From the NCBI GenBank assembly GCA_009692765.1, contig SHYQ01000001.1, positions 29,096 to 93,095 of the forward strand: DNA of 64,000 nucleotides, read 5' to 3'. The stretch comes from Dehalococcoidia bacterium. Lineage in GTDB: Bacteria; Chloroflexota; Dehalococcoidia; UBA2979. The position numbers were made by a program, and so were the translations under genes. This document shows positions 19,848-30,542 of this stretch, piece by piece. Under the pieces are notes generated by a model. It ran no database searches, was not told where the DNA came from, and saw only the letters and a program-made list of their open reading frames with translations. How positions within the stretch are numbered: position 1 is the first letter of the stretch; every line of letters begins with the position of its first letter.

Positions 19848-20585
19848 TTACGCGTTCGTGTCCGCCGCGGGCGCCCCGCCACTCGGCGCCCCGCGACGCT
19901 TCGCCTGCAACTGCTCCATCACGCGCTCCAACGTCTCGTACTCCTGAGCACCGACTACGGCGTACTGCTCGTCGAGGATGAACGTCGGGATCGCCTGCAC
20001 GCCGACCGCGTAGGACTGCTCGATGCCCTCGTTCACCGTCTGCAGGTGGGCGCCGCTGACCAGCGCCGCGCGCAGTGCCGCGCCGTCCAGTCCGACCGCG
20101 TCGGCGTGCCGCACCAGCACGTCCGCATCCATCAGGTTCTCGAAGTCGGTGAAGTACGCCTTGAACAGCGCGCGGTGGTAGTCCATCACCTGCCGGACGG
20201 TCCCGTGCTGGCGCGCGAACTCACCGGCCTGCAGCGCGAGGAGCGTGTGCGGCGTGAACGTCCTGCCGCGGCGGAATTCGAGGCCCAGCCGCTTGCCCCG
20301 CGCCTCCACGGGCGTCTCGGGGCTATCGGGCGCCTGCGGCTGGCGCGGCCGTCCCTCGGGCGGGATCGAGGGGTCGAGGAAGAACGGAGCCCAGTCGAGC
20401 TCGATGTCCCAGTGTTCGTAGAGCCGTTCGACCTCCACGAGGCCGATGTAGCACCACGGTCAGATGAAGTCCGAGACGATCGTAAGCCGCAACGGGCCCG
20501 TGCGTTCTTCGTCGGTGCGGGCGTGGGCGTGGGCGTGGGCGTCGGTCACATCAGTCTCCAGCCGTGCGGACGGTCCGCGGGTCAT
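19848..20585 (-). CDS. DsbA/FrnE-like thiol:disulfide oxidoreductase with in-frame TGA (candidate selenocysteine) in a U-P-W-C active-site motif
   Basis: Two same-frame track ORFs (20460..20789 and 19848..20438) are separated by a single stop. Minus-strand reading: ...TIVSDFI-TGA-PWCYIGLVEVERLYEHW... TGA occupies 20460-20462, exactly where DsbA/FrnE proteins have the first Cys of CPWC. A hairpin (GGCCUC-GUG-GAGGUC, extendable to 8 bp) lies ~14 nt downstream. Start uncertain (ATG 20585 or TTG 20492). Confidence 0.5.
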
Positions 20586-20676
20586 GTGAGAGCGCGGCAG
20601 CAGCATAGCGCAGCGGCCAAGGGCGGGTCGCGGGTGTCCGTTCGTGCGGGCCGCGCGAGCCGTGTTATCGTCGGCG

Positions 20677-21873
20677 ATGGTGACCGTCGAACAACAGTTC
20701 CCGACCCCCGTGACGAATGCCACCGAGGTGGCTTCGATCGCCGTCGCGATTGCGCGGGCGGGGTGGTTCGCGCTCGACCTCGAGTTCATGACCGAGGGGC
20801 GCTACGTCGCGGATCTCTCGCTGGTGCAGGTGGGCTGGGGCGATCACGAGTCCCCCACCGTCGCCGCGATCGACCCGCTGGAGGTCGACGCCCGCCCCGT
20901 CATCGAGCTCGTGGCGCGCGACGACGTCGAGGTCGTCCTCCACTCGGCGCAGGCCGACCTCGCGTTGATCGGCGCCGCCTTCGGCGTGCGTGCGACGCGC
21001 GTCTTCGACACCCAGATCGCAGCGGCGTTCTTGGGGCTGGGTGAGCAGATCGGCTACGGCGCGCTCGTCGAGCGCATGGCGGGCGTGCGCCTGGACAAGG
21101 GCGCGCAGTACACCGAGTGGTCGCGCCGCCCGCTTTCCGATGACCAGCTGCGCTATGCGCTGGACGACGTGCGCTACCTGCCCGCCGTCTGGCTGCAACT
21201 GCGGCAGCAGCTCGAGTCGCGCGGGCGCACCGCGTGGGTGCAGGAGGAGTGCGATCTCCTGGCGGACGCGTGGGCGGAACGCACGCCGCCGGACGAGATG
21301 TACCGCCGCGTCCGGGGCTGGAACGGCCTCAAGCGCCGCTCGTTGGGCGCGCTGCGTGCGGTCGCCGCGTGGCGCGAGCAGGAGGCGCTGCGGACCAACC
21401 GCCCGCCCTCGTGGATCATGAACGACCGGTCGCTGCTCGAACTCGCCCGCCGCCCCCCGCGCGAGGCCGCCGACCTGGGCGCGGTGCGCGGGCTGGGCGA
21501 GGGGACGGTGCAGCGCTACGGCGCGGCGATCCTAGAGGTGGTGGAGCGCGGCGTGAACGACCCGCCCGAGGATGAAGCCACCCCACCGCGCCTCCCGAAC
21601 CTCGGGCAGGCATGGCCCGCCATCCTCAGCGGCATCGTGCAGGCGCGCTGCTGTGAGGCGGAGATCGCGGCGCGCTTCGTGGCCACGCGCCACGAGATGG
21701 ACGAGATGATCGCGTGGTGGCTCACCGGCGATCGCGCGCAAGAGCCGCAGCTCCCGCTGCTGCGCGGCTGGCGTCGCGAACTCGCCGGGCGCGACCTGCT
21801 GGACTGGCTTCGCGGCGAGACGACCGTCGCCGTGGACATGCACACCGAGGCCGGCGTCCGCATCCAGCGCTAG
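20677..21873 (+). CDS. rnd: ribonuclease D (3'-5' exonuclease plus HRDC domain)
   Basis: DLEFMTEGRY...LHSAQADL DEDDy exonuclease motifs plus a C-terminal HRDC-like region. An alternative start at 20644 is possible. Confidence 0.8.
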   Translation: MVTVEQQFPTPVTNATEVASIAVAIARAGWFALDLEFMTEGRYVADLSLVQVGWGDHESPTVAAIDPLEVDARPVIELVARDDVEVVLHSAQADLALIGAAFGVRATRVFDTQIAAAFLGLGEQIGYGALVERMAGVRLDKGAQYTEWSRRPLSDDQLRYALDDVRYLPAVWLQLRQQLESRGRTAWVQEECDLLADAWAERTPPDEMYRRVRGWNGLKRRSLGALRAVAAWREQEALRTNRPPSWIMNDRSLLELARRPPREAADLGAVRGLGEGTVQRYGAAILEVVERGVNDPPEDEATPPRLPNLGQAWPAILSGIVQARCCEAEIAARFVATRHEMDEMIAWWLTGDRAQEPQLPLLRGWRRELAGRDLLDWLRGETTVAVDMHTEAGVRIQR

Positions 21874-22076
21874 GTGTTGCTCACGCCCTCGCGCACTCGC
21901 GCCCGGCCCTCCTGAGCGCCGCCGTGTCAGGTGTACCGCCTGACGATTCCGACAGGCTCCCGCTCGGATCAGGGTTTGCCCGGTTCCCGCGTTTCCGTCG
22001 TGCACGGATATTGAGCGCAACACCGGCAACACCGACAGCACCTCGGCGCGGACAGCGCTCGGACAGGGAGCGACGA

Positions 22077-23032
22077 ATGAGTGAGCACGACACCCCCGAC
22101 ATCCTCGACCCGATGGCGGTCGCCCTCCGCGCGAGCGGGCCGCGCATCTCCTGCCGGATCTTCACCCGCCGCACCTCCACGTGGCTGCTGGCGGGCGGGG
22201 CGATGACCGTCCTCGCCGCCTGCGGCAGCGCCGCCGCCACGAAGGAGGAGGTCGCGGTGCTCCGCAAGGAGGTCACCGCGCTCAAAGGCGAGGGCGCCAA
22301 GGCCACCGATGCGCATGGCGCTCCCGGCGCGACCACCGCGAAGCACTGGGAGTACGCGGGCGCGAACTGGCCGGAGAAGTGGGGCGAGCTCGCTCCCGAG
22401 AACGCGGTCTGCAGCGCCGGCTCCACGCAGTCGCCGATCGACATCGCGGGGACGCAGCTGGGCGCGATGGGGCCACGAACATCAAGTGGCAGCCCGCGGC
22501 GCTGAACGTGGTGAACAACGGCCACACGATCCAGGCCGACGTGGCCAACGGCGGCGTCATAGAGGTCGATGGCGTGCCGTACACGCTGGTGCAGTTCCAC
22601 TTCCACGCCCCCTCGGAGCACACGGTCGGCGGGAAGCGCTTCGCGATGGAGACGCATTTCGTGCACAAGAGTGCGAAGGGCGAGCTCGCTGTGATCGGCG
22701 TGCTGCACGAGGCCGGTGACGCGAACGAGGCGCTCGCCCCGCTCTGGAGCGCGCTCCCGAATACGACCGAGGAGAAGAAGCCGCTCGCGAAGTTCGACCT
22801 CGCCTCCGTGCTGCCGGCCGACCGCTCGATGTACCGCTACGCCGGATCGCTCACCACCCCGCCGTGCACCGAGGGCGTGCGCTGGCAGCTGCTCCAATCG
22901 CCCACCTCCGTCTCCGACGCGCAGGTGAAGGCGCTCAACGCGATCATCAAGCCGAACGCCCGCCCGATTCAGCCGCAGAAGGCGCGCGACGTGCTCAAGG
23001 AGGCGCTCGCGAAGCTGACCGCGAACAGGTAG
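22077..23032 (+). pseudogene. alpha-class carbonic anhydrase lipoprotein, interrupted by a +/-1 frameshift near 22467-22472 (G-run)
   Basis: N-terminal part (lipobox LAAC; HWEYAGANW...QSPIDIAGTQLGAMG) is in frame 3. The remainder (NIKWQPAALNVVNNGHTIQ...FHFHAPSEH...SLTTPPCTEGV) is in frame 2. Restoring one G in the GGGG run gives a contiguous alpha-CA of normal length. Either a true pseudogene or an assembly indel. Confidence 0.75.
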
Positions 23033-23141
23033 CGGAGCCGCTGCTCCAGCCCGGGCGCCGAGGGCGAGTCGCCCGGGCCTGTGCGCCCCCGGCTCGGAGC
23101 CGGTCCCTACGCTCACGTCTCCGCTCCGTCATCATGGCCGC

Positions 23142-25161
23142 ATGAGGTCGAGCCCCTTCGACTACACCGCGGTGACCCCGCACGCCGTCCGCGAAGGCGG
23201 TGAGGCGGCGATCGCCCGCTGCGAGGCCATCCTCGCGGAGTTGGTGGCGATCCCGGCGACCGGGCGGACCTTCGCCAACACCGTGCTGCCGCTGGACGAG
23301 GTGCGCGCGACCCTTGCGGGCACGGGCGGTCGCTACGGCTTTCTCTCCAACGTCGCCGACGATGAGGTGCTCCGGAGCGAGGCGCGCACGCTGCGTCAGC
23401 GTCTGGACACTTACGCCACCGCGGTCGGCTTCCGGGAGGAGCTGTTCGCGGCGTTGAGCGACTACGCGCAACAGTGCGGAGGCGGTGTCGCTGGGGCCGC
23501 TGGAACGTAGATACCTCGACCACGTGCTGCGCGACTTCCGGCGCAACGGCTTCGCCCTCGGTCGCCCCGAGCGAGCGCGCGTGCAGGCGCTGCGCGAGCG
23601 CCTCGTCGCGCTCGGCGTCGACTTCCGCCGCCACATCGACGAGGCGGACGACGCGCTCTGGCTCGCGCGCGACGACCTCTCGGGGCTGCCGCAGTCGTAC
23701 GTCGATCGCCTGCAATCGCGCGACACCGCCGAGGGCCTGCGCTACCGCGTCTCGCTGGAGTACCCGGAGTTCTACGCGTTCATGGACGGCGCCGAGCGCG
23801 GGGACCTGCGTCGCGCGTTGTTCCTGCTCAACCAACACAAGGCCGCCGCGACGAACCTGCCGATCCTCGATGAGGCGATCGCGCTGCGCGACGAGATCGC
23901 GACCACGCTCGGGTACGCCTCGTGGGCGCACTACATGATCGAGATGCGCATGGCCGCGACGCCCGAGGCGGCGACCGCGTTCCTCGTGGACCTCGAGGCC
24001 CGCGTGCGCGCGAAGGCCGAGATCGACATCGCCGAACTCGCCGCCTCGAAGCGCGTCCACACCGGCGGCCCCGCGGCACGGCTCGAGATCTGGGACTGGC
24101 GCTTCTACCAGGAGCGCGTGATGCGCGAGCGCTACGGCGTCGACTCCTTTGCGGTCGCCGAGTACTTCCCGCTGGAGGTCACCCTCGACGGCATGTTCGC
24201 GCATGCCCAGCGGCTGTTCGGCGTGCGGTTCATCGAGGTGCCGGAGCCGCGCGCGTGGCACCCGGACGTGCGCCTGTTCGACGTTCGGGACGTCGAAAGC
24301 GACGCGTGGCTTGGGGCGTTCTACCTCGACCTGCACCCGCGCGCGGAGAAGTACGGGCACACCGCGGCGTTCATGCTGCGCCCCGGGCGTCGCCTGGCGG
24401 ACGGCAGCTACGAGGGTGGCGTCTCCGCCATGGTCGCGAACTTCACGAAGCCCAGCTCCGCGGGGCACGGCCCAGGCACGCCCAGCCTGCTGCGCCATTC
24501 CGAGGTCAACACGCTGTTCCACGAGTTCGGGCACATCCTGCACCGGGTGCTGACCCGCGCACCCTACGCGCGCTTCGCCGGCAGCAGCGTGCAGCACGAC
24601 TTCGTCGAGGCGCCCTCGCAGATGCTGGAGCACTGGGCGTGGGACTCGGACGTGCTGGCCGGCTTCACCCGCCACGTCACCACCGGTCAGCCGCTCCCCG
24701 CGGACCTGCTGGCGAGGATGATCGCGGCGAAGCACGTTGCGAGCGGCGTGCACTACCTGCGCCAGCTGTACTTCGCGCGCCTCGACCTCGCGTACCATGG
24801 CGCGGGGCGGTCGAAGGACAGCGACGCGATCGCGGCGTCGCTGCATGACATCAGCGGCTTCCCGTTCCCGGCGGGCACGCATTTTCAGGCGGGGTTCGGC
24901 CACCTCTTCGGCTACGACGCGGGCTACTACGGCTACCTGTGGTCGAGGGTGTACGGCGACGACATGGCCTCGCGCTTCCTCGAGGATCCGGGGAGTGGTG
25001 ATCCGGTCGGCCTCGAGGCGGTCGGGCGGCACTACCGCCGCACGATCCTCGAGGTGGGTGGGACGCAGGACGGCGCGGACCTCGTGCGCGCGTTCCTCGG
25101 TCGGGAGCCGAGGAGCGGCCCGTTCCTGCGCGAGATCGGGCTCGATGTGCTCGGCGGCTAA
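23142..25161 (+). pseudogene. M3-family metallo-oligopeptidase (oligopeptidase A / Dcp-like), interrupted by a frameshift near 23465-23480
   Basis: First ~110 aa are in frame 3 (ORF 23142..23510). The rest is in frame 1 (from ...SLGPLERRYLDHVLRDFRRNG, through HEFGH, to the end). Combined length ~665 aa matches M3 peptidases. Confidence 0.75.
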
Positions 25162-25382
25162 CGCGTGCGCGCACCCATCTGCAGCGCAGCGAGCAGCCGC
25201 GCCGAGGTCGTCGCGATCTCCGCCACCGACGCCTCGAAGACGGCGCTGTTCGCGGGCGAGGGGCGCTGGAAGCCGCTGACCTTCCGCACGAACTGGAGCG
25301 CCGCCGCCTCCACCTCCTCGCGGGAGGCGGGCGGGTCGTTGCTGCCGGCGGCGGGGCGCAGACGCTTGATCGATCGGCACAT
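25158..25382 (-). CDS. DUF2277-family small protein
   Basis: 74-aa ORF, convergent with the M3 peptidase. Conserved-looking sequence (family assignment from memory). Confidence 0.5.
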   Translation of the reverse strand: MCRSIKRLRPAAGSNDPPASREEVEAAALQFVRKVSGFQRPSPANSAVFEASVAEIATTSARLLAALQMGARTR

Positions 25383-25505
25383 CGGCGGCTCCTCGCGGCT
25401 CCTCGCGGTTTCTGGCGGCGATGCAGCGCAGGATGCGAGTGTACGGCGCGCACGTCCGCGTTGCGGCGCGTGGCGTTAGACTGACGTTCCGGGAAAGGCA
25501 GCCAG

Positions 25506-26414
25506 ATGCGCGTCGGCATCTCCCTCACCAGCGCCTACCGCGTCGAGGATCCCCGCGAGGGGGCGCGGTGGATGATCGAGCGGGCGGCGGCGGCGCACGG
25601 CGCCGACCTGGACTCGCTGTTCGTGGGCGATCACCACTCCACCGGCCCCGGCACCTACTACCAGAACGTCCCGATCATGGGACGCCTGCTCGCGGAGTGG
25701 GGTGACCGACCGGCCGGCGTGCTGTTCCTGCTGCCGCTGTGGAACCCGGTGCTGGTCGCCGAGCAGGTGGGCACGCTGGCCGCGATCCATCAGGGCCGGT
25801 TCATCATCCAGTGCGCGATCGGCCGCGACGACCCGCAGTCGCCGGCGATGGGGGTGAACGCGAGGTTCCGCCCCTCGATGTTCGAGGAGTCGCTGGGCAT
25901 CATCCGCCGGCTGCTCGCGGGCGAGACGGTCTCCTCGGACGGGCGCTTCCACTTGACCGGGGCGCAGATCGCGCCCGTCGCGCTCGAGCCGGTGGAGGTG
26001 TGGATCGGCGGCAGCGTCTCGAAGTCCATCGACCGCGCGGCGCGGCTCGGCGAGGGGTGGCTGGGCGACCCGAGCCTCGCGTTGGAGGCGATCGCGGCGC
26101 AGGCCGCCGAGTACCACGAACGCGCGCAGGTGTACGGGCGCACCCCGGCGGCGGTGGCGGTGCGTCGCAACGTCTTCGTCGGCGCCACCGACGAGGAGGC
26201 GGCGCGCGTGCTGGAGCCGCTGCTTGCCCGCACCACCGGCGATCGGTCGACGATGCTCTACGGTTCGCCCGAGACGGTGGCTCGCCACATGAAATCGCTC
26301 GCCGACATCGGCTTCACTGACGTCATCGTGCGCAGCCTCGTTTCCGACCAGCGCCTGACGATCCAGAGCATCGAGCGCCTCGCCGAGGTGCGCGAGCGCG
26401 TGCGCGACTTCTAG
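25506..26414 (+). CDS. LLM-class flavin (FMN/F420)-dependent oxidoreductase (luciferase-like monooxygenase)
   Basis: 302-aa TIM-barrel LLM pattern (FVGDHH..., LLPLWNPVLVAEQ..., GRFIIQCAIG). Confidence 0.75.
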   Translation: MRVGISLTSAYRVEDPREGARWMIERAAAAHGADLDSLFVGDHHSTGPGTYYQNVPIMGRLLAEWGDRPAGVLFLLPLWNPVLVAEQVGTLAAIHQGRFIIQCAIGRDDPQSPAMGVNARFRPSMFEESLGIIRRLLAGETVSSDGRFHLTGAQIAPVALEPVEVWIGGSVSKSIDRAARLGEGWLGDPSLALEAIAAQAAEYHERAQVYGRTPAAVAVRRNVFVGATDEEAARVLEPLLARTTGDRSTMLYGSPETVARHMKSLADIGFTDVIVRSLVSDQRLTIQSIERLAEVRERVRDF

Positions 26415-26415
26415 C

Positions 26416-26955
26416 GTGGGCGTAACGGACGCGCCCGATCGGGCCCCGCACCCTGCGCCGCATCCGCGCGACGCCGCCGCGATCGAAGGGTTGCGGGACG
26501 TGGTGCGCGTCCACGTGAACGACTCGCGGTGGTGGCAGAACGCGTCGTTCGCGCTGCCGCTGCTGGTGTCGGTCGTTTCGCTCCTCGTGGGGGTGGTGTT
26601 CCAGCGCGCTGAGGGGATCGGCTTCGGGCTGTTCGCCGCGGCGGTGACGCTGATCATGGTCCCGGTGGTGCTGCTGACGTGGCGCAGCACCGCGACGGCG
26701 ATCGTCCTGACGAAGCACGGCGCCTCCGCGCTCCACCTCGGGCGGATGCTGCATCACGTCGACTGGCGCGACCTCCAGCGCATCGAGCGCGTCGAGTACC
26801 TAGGCAACACGCGCTACAAGCTGGTGCACGGCGATACGGAGTTCCTGACCGTGGAGGGCGAGATCGAGGACGCCGCCGGCCTGGTGGAGACCGCCTTCGC
26901 GCTCTCGGGCGTCGCGAGGCAGAGCGATGGTGCGCCCGGCGCGCCCGGTGCGTAG
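26416..26955 (+). CDS. membrane protein with bacterial PH-like (YdbT-type) domain, hypothetical
   Basis: GTG start. Two TM helices followed by a ~100-aa soluble domain. Confidence 0.45.
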   Translation: MGVTDAPDRAPHPAPHPRDAAAIEGLRDVVRVHVNDSRWWQNASFALPLLVSVVSLLVGVVFQRAEGIGFGLFAAAVTLIMVPVVLLTWRSTATAIVLTKHGASALHLGRMLHHVDWRDLQRIERVEYLGNTRYKLVHGDTEFLTVEGEIEDAAGLVETAFALSGVARQSDGAPGAPGA

Positions 26956-26973
26956 CGCGCTGCGGGTCGTGCC

Positions 26974-27579
26974 GTGGACGGGTGCGGACGAGTGCGGACA
27001 GGCCCCACAAGCGTAGAGGAGGCGCGCGTGAACATCGGCAGGATCGGGCGCACCGAGGATGACGACATCCGCGAGGCGCTGCAAGAGTTCCCCTACGGCA
27101 TCTACATCATCGGCACGACGCGGGACGGGCGTCCGAACGCAATGATTGCGGACTGGGTGATGCAGGTGTCGTTCGAGCCGCGGCTGATCGCGGTGGGCTT
27201 CGAGCGCGACTCCTCCTCGCTTGCGCGCATCCGGGAGAACGGTGCGTTCACCGTGAACCTGCTGAACCGCGAGGGCAACGGTATGGCGCTGGCGCGGGGG
27301 TTCGTGCAACCGGCCGACGCCTCGAAGGTGCGGGGACGCAGCAACCAAGCGGCGGCGCAGCAGCACGACAAGCTGGCGGGCGTCGCCCACCGCCTGTCCG
27401 AGCGCGCCCCCGGCTGTCCGATCCTCGACGACGCGCTGGCGTACGCGGAGTGCGCGGCGGAGCAGTTCGTCGATGCGGGCGATCACGTGCTGGTGCTCGG
27501 GCGCGTGCTCTACGCTGAGGTGCTGAACAGCGGCGAGCCGCTGACCTCCACGTTCACCGGCTGGTCGTACGGCGGGTAA
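26974..27579 (+). CDS. flavin reductase-like (NAD(P)H:flavin oxidoreductase, HpaC/RutF fold)
   Basis: FPYGIYIIGTTRDGRPNAMIADWVMQVSFEPRLIAVG is typical of flavin-reductase-domain proteins. Likely partner of the adjacent LLM enzyme. Confidence 0.7.
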   Translation: MDGCGRVRTGPTSVEEARVNIGRIGRTEDDDIREALQEFPYGIYIIGTTRDGRPNAMIADWVMQVSFEPRLIAVGFERDSSSLARIRENGAFTVNLLNREGNGMALARGFVQPADASKVRGRSNQAAAQQHDKLAGVAHRLSERAPGCPILDDALAYAECAAEQFVDAGDHVLVLGRVLYAEVLNSGEPLTSTFTGWSYGG

Positions 27580-27618
27580 GGTCTGGGGGTAGCGTGGTGT
27601 GGGGTCCGGGCCCGCCGC

Positions 27619-28290
27619 TCACACGATCGGCGCGCCGCGGCCGCCCCCGTCGCGGCCCGCAGCGCCGGCGGCGAGTCGCCGCACCGCCTCCTCCAGCGCC
27701 TCGGACGCACGGCCGGCGGTCAGGTCGTCCGGCGCGGTCAACTGGAGGATGGCGAGGCCGGTCGCGAGCGCGAGCAGGGGCTCCGCCGCGGCCGCCGCGT
27801 CGAGGTCCGCGGGCAGCTCACCGTTGCGGACGCCTGCCTCGATCAGTTCCTCGATGGCGCGTCTCTGCGCGGTCTGGCTACCGCGTTCGTGGCGGCGCAG
27901 CTCCTCGTCACGCGCGCTCTGCGCGGCCACCTCGACCCAGAACTGCCACCACGCACGGCGCTCCCGCGTGTCGAGGACGAAACCCGCGAGCAGGCCGCGC
28001 AGCCGGGCGAGCGGGGAGCCGCCGAGCGCGCCCCCCTCGGGCGCGCCGGCGGCGGAGGCCAGCGCCGCCAGCACCAGTCCGCGCTTGTTGCTGAAGTGGT
28101 AGTTGACCGTGCCGGTGCTCAGCCCGGTGGCGCGCGCCACCTGCCGCATCGTCATGCCGTCGATGCCGTGCTCGCCGATGAGCGCGATGACGTGACGGAG
28201 TATCTCGTTGCGTCGCGGCTCCCGGGCGCCGTCAGTCGGCGGGGCAGCCGCCGGCGCAGTGGCGGCATCGGGGCTGGCGGGGAGTGTCAT
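27619..28290 (-). CDS. TetR/AcrR-family transcriptional regulator
   Basis: N-terminal HTH ...TMRQVARATGLSTGTVNYHFSNK... Confidence 0.8.
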   Translation of the reverse strand: MTLPASPDAATAPAAAPPTDGAREPRRNEILRHVIALIGEHGIDGMTMRQVARATGLSTGTVNYHFSNKRGLVLAALASAAGAPEGGALGGSPLARLRGLLAGFVLDTRERRAWWQFWVEVAAQSARDEELRRHERGSQTAQRRAIEELIEAGVRNGELPADLDAAAAAEPLLALATGLAILQLTAPDDLTAGRASEALEEAVRRLAAGAAGRDGGGRGAPIV

Positions 28291-28353
28291 GGTGGAGTCG
28301 CCTCCTCGTCGCGCTGCTGCTCGATGGCGCGCGCAAGGTGGCCGAGCGGTCCG

Positions 28354-28548
28354 CTACCAGAATCCCGTCTTGTAGAACACATCACCGTGCGCCCATCCGC
28401 GGGTTCCGGCCTTCTGCATCCGCGCCAGGTGCTTCGTGCACACCCACAGCGTCAGACGCTCGCGGTCGTCGGGGTCCTCGCGCCAGCGGGAGACTGCGAC
28501 CTCGCGGTTGGGGCGGGCGGTGCAGAACTCGCAGCGCTGAGTCGCCAT
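28354..28548 (-). CDS. small Cys/His-containing hypothetical protein
   Basis: 64-aa ORF with CEFC...CTKH. Confidence 0.35.
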   Translation of the reverse strand: MATQRCEFCTARPNREVAVSRWREDPDDRERLTLWVCTKHLARMQKAGTRGWAHGDVFYKTGFW

Positions 28549-28703
28549 CGCATCGATCCTATACCCGCTTAACCCGGCTGTCGGGCTTTCGGGGCGATTC
28601 CCCCCGCTACGCCCTCGCTGACGGCCGTTGTACGAGATTTCAGCGCCTCGCGGCGGCAGTCGTTACCACACCACCACACGGCCACGCGGGGTGGCGAGCG
28701 CGA

Positions 28704-30542
28704 CTAGACGCTCGCCGCCATCCGCGGGCGGCGGGCCGCCTTGTCGCGCTCGTTGCTGTCTAGGATCAGCTTGCGCAGCCGGACGACGCGCGGCGTCACC
28801 TCCACGCACTCGTCGGCGCGGATGAACTCCAGCGCCTCCTCCAGCGACAGGCGTCGAGGCGGCGTGACGCGCACCGTGGTGTCGGCGGAGGCAGCACGCA
28901 TGTTGGTGAGCTTCTTCTCGCGGGTGATGTTCACGACCATGTCGTCCGCGCGCGAGTTCTCGCCCACGATCATCCCCTCGTACACCGTGTCGCCGCCGGT
29001 GACGAAGAGCGACGAGCGCTCCTGCAGCGCGGCGATCGCGTACGGCGTCGCCGGCCCCGGGCGGTCCGCGACCAGCGAGCCGGACTCGCGCGTCCGCAGT
29101 TCGCCGGCCCACGGCTCGTAGCCCTCGAAGACGTGGTGCATCAGGCCCGTGCCACGCGTCTCCGTCATGAACTCCGTGTGGAAGCCGATCAGGCCGCGCG
29201 CCGGGACGTCGTACTCCATGCGGATCCGTCCGGTGCCGTGATTCGAGGTGCCCAACAGGCGGCCCCGGCGCGGCGCCAGCAGCCGCGTGACGGAGCCCAT
29301 GTGCTCCTCCGGCACGTCCACGACCAGGCGCTCGGTCGGCTCATGCAGCCGGCCGTCGATCATCCGCGTCACGACCTCCGGCTTGCCGACTGTCATCTCG
29401 AAGCCCTCGCGGCGCATCGTCTCCACCAGTACCGCGAGCTGCAGTTCGCCGCGCCCGTAGACCATCCAGGTGTCGGGACGGTCGGCGGGCTCCACGCGGA
29501 TCGAGACGTTGCCGAGCGTCTCCTGGTCGAAGCGGTTCTTGAGGACGCGCCCAGTCAACTTGTCGCCGTCCTGCCCCGAGAGGGGGGCGGTGTTCACGCC
29601 GATCGTCATCGACATGCTGGGCTCGTCCACCGTGATCACTGGCAGCGGGCGCGGGTCCGCCTGATCCGCCAGCGTCTCGCCGATGGTGACCTCCGGGATG
29701 CCGGCGATCGCGATGAGCTCGCCCGGGCCCACCGACTCCGCGCTCACACGTTCGAGCGCCTCCGTGACGTACAGCTCGACGACCTTCGCGGACTGGATCG
29801 TGCCGTTCACGCGGCACCACGCCACGGTCTGGCCCTTCTTCACGGTTCCCTGATGCACGCGGCAGAGCGCGAGGCGGCCGAGGTATGGCGAGGCGTCGAG
29901 GTTGGTCACCAGCGCCTGGAACGGGTGCCCCTCTTCGTACGTGGGGGCGGGGATGCGGGACATGATCACCTCGAACAGCGGGTCGAGGGTGGTGCCGGGA
30001 ACGGCGGGGTCCAGCGTCGCGGTGCCGGCCCTCGCGTTCGTGTAGACGATCGGGAAGTCGATCTGCTCGTCGGTGGCATCCAGCTCTAGGAAGAGCTCGT
30101 AGGTCTCGTCCACAACCTCGCTCACGCGCGCGTCCGGTCGGTCGATCTTGTTCACGAGGAGGATCACCGGTAGCCGCAGCGAGAGCGCCTTGCGGAGGAC
30201 GAAGCGCGTCTGGGGCAGTGGGCCCTCGGAGGCGTCGACGAGCAGCAGCACGCCGTCGACCATGGTGAGGCCGCGCTCCACCTCGCCGCCGAAGTCGGCG
30301 TGCCCCGGGGTGTCCACGATGTTGATCTTCAGGCCGCCCCGCCGGACCGCGGCGTTCTTCGCGAGGATCGTGATCCCCTTCTCACGTTCGAGGTCCGTGG
30401 AGTCCATGATCCGGTCGGTCAGCGCCTCGTGGGCGGCGAAGGTGCCGGACTGGCGCAGCATGGCGTCCACCAGCGTCGTCTTCCCGTGGTCAACGTGGGC
30501 GATGATCGCGATGTTGCGGAGGTCGTCTCTGGTAGCGGTCAC
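28704..30542 (-). CDS. typA: translational GTPase TypA/BipA
   Basis: [16 protein letters not shown]1 motif, DTPGHADF. 612 aa. Confidence 0.9.
   Translation of the reverse strand: MTATRDDLRNIAIIAHVDHGKTTLVDAMLRQSGTFAAHEALTDRIMDSTDLEREKGITILAKNAAVRRGGLKINIVDTPGHADFGGEVERGLTMVDGVLLLVDASEGPLPQTRFVLRKALSLRLPVILLVNKIDRPDARVSEVVDETYELFLELDATDEQIDFPIVYTNARAGTATLDPAVPGTTLDPLFEVIMSRIPAPTYEEGHPFQALVTNLDASPYLGRLALCRVHQGTVKKGQTVAWCRVNGTIQSAKVVELYVTEALERVSAESVGPGELIAIAGIPEVTIGETLADQADPRPLPVITVDEPSMSMTIGVNTAPLSGQDGDKLTGRVLKNRFDQETLGNVSIRVEPADRPDTWMVYGRGELQLAVLVETMRREGFEMTVGKPEVVTRMIDGRLHEPTERLVVDVPEEHMGSVTRLLAPRRGRLLGTSNHGTGRIRMEYDVPARGLIGFHTEFMTETRGTGLMHHVFEGYEPWAGELRTRESGSLVADRPGPATPYAIAALQERSSLFVTGGDTVYEGMIVGENSRADDMVVNITREKKLTNMRAASADTTVRVTPPRRLSLEEALEFIRADECVEVTPRVVRLRKLILDSNERDKAARRPRMAASV

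Noticed and set aside
20510-20545. (GCGTGG)x3 repeat encoding His-Ala-His-Ala-His-Ala upstream of the DsbA-like active site
   Set aside because: It is translated only if the gene starts at the distal ATG (20585). A proximal TTG (20492) would exclude it. Too short and ambiguous to call a metal-binding tail.
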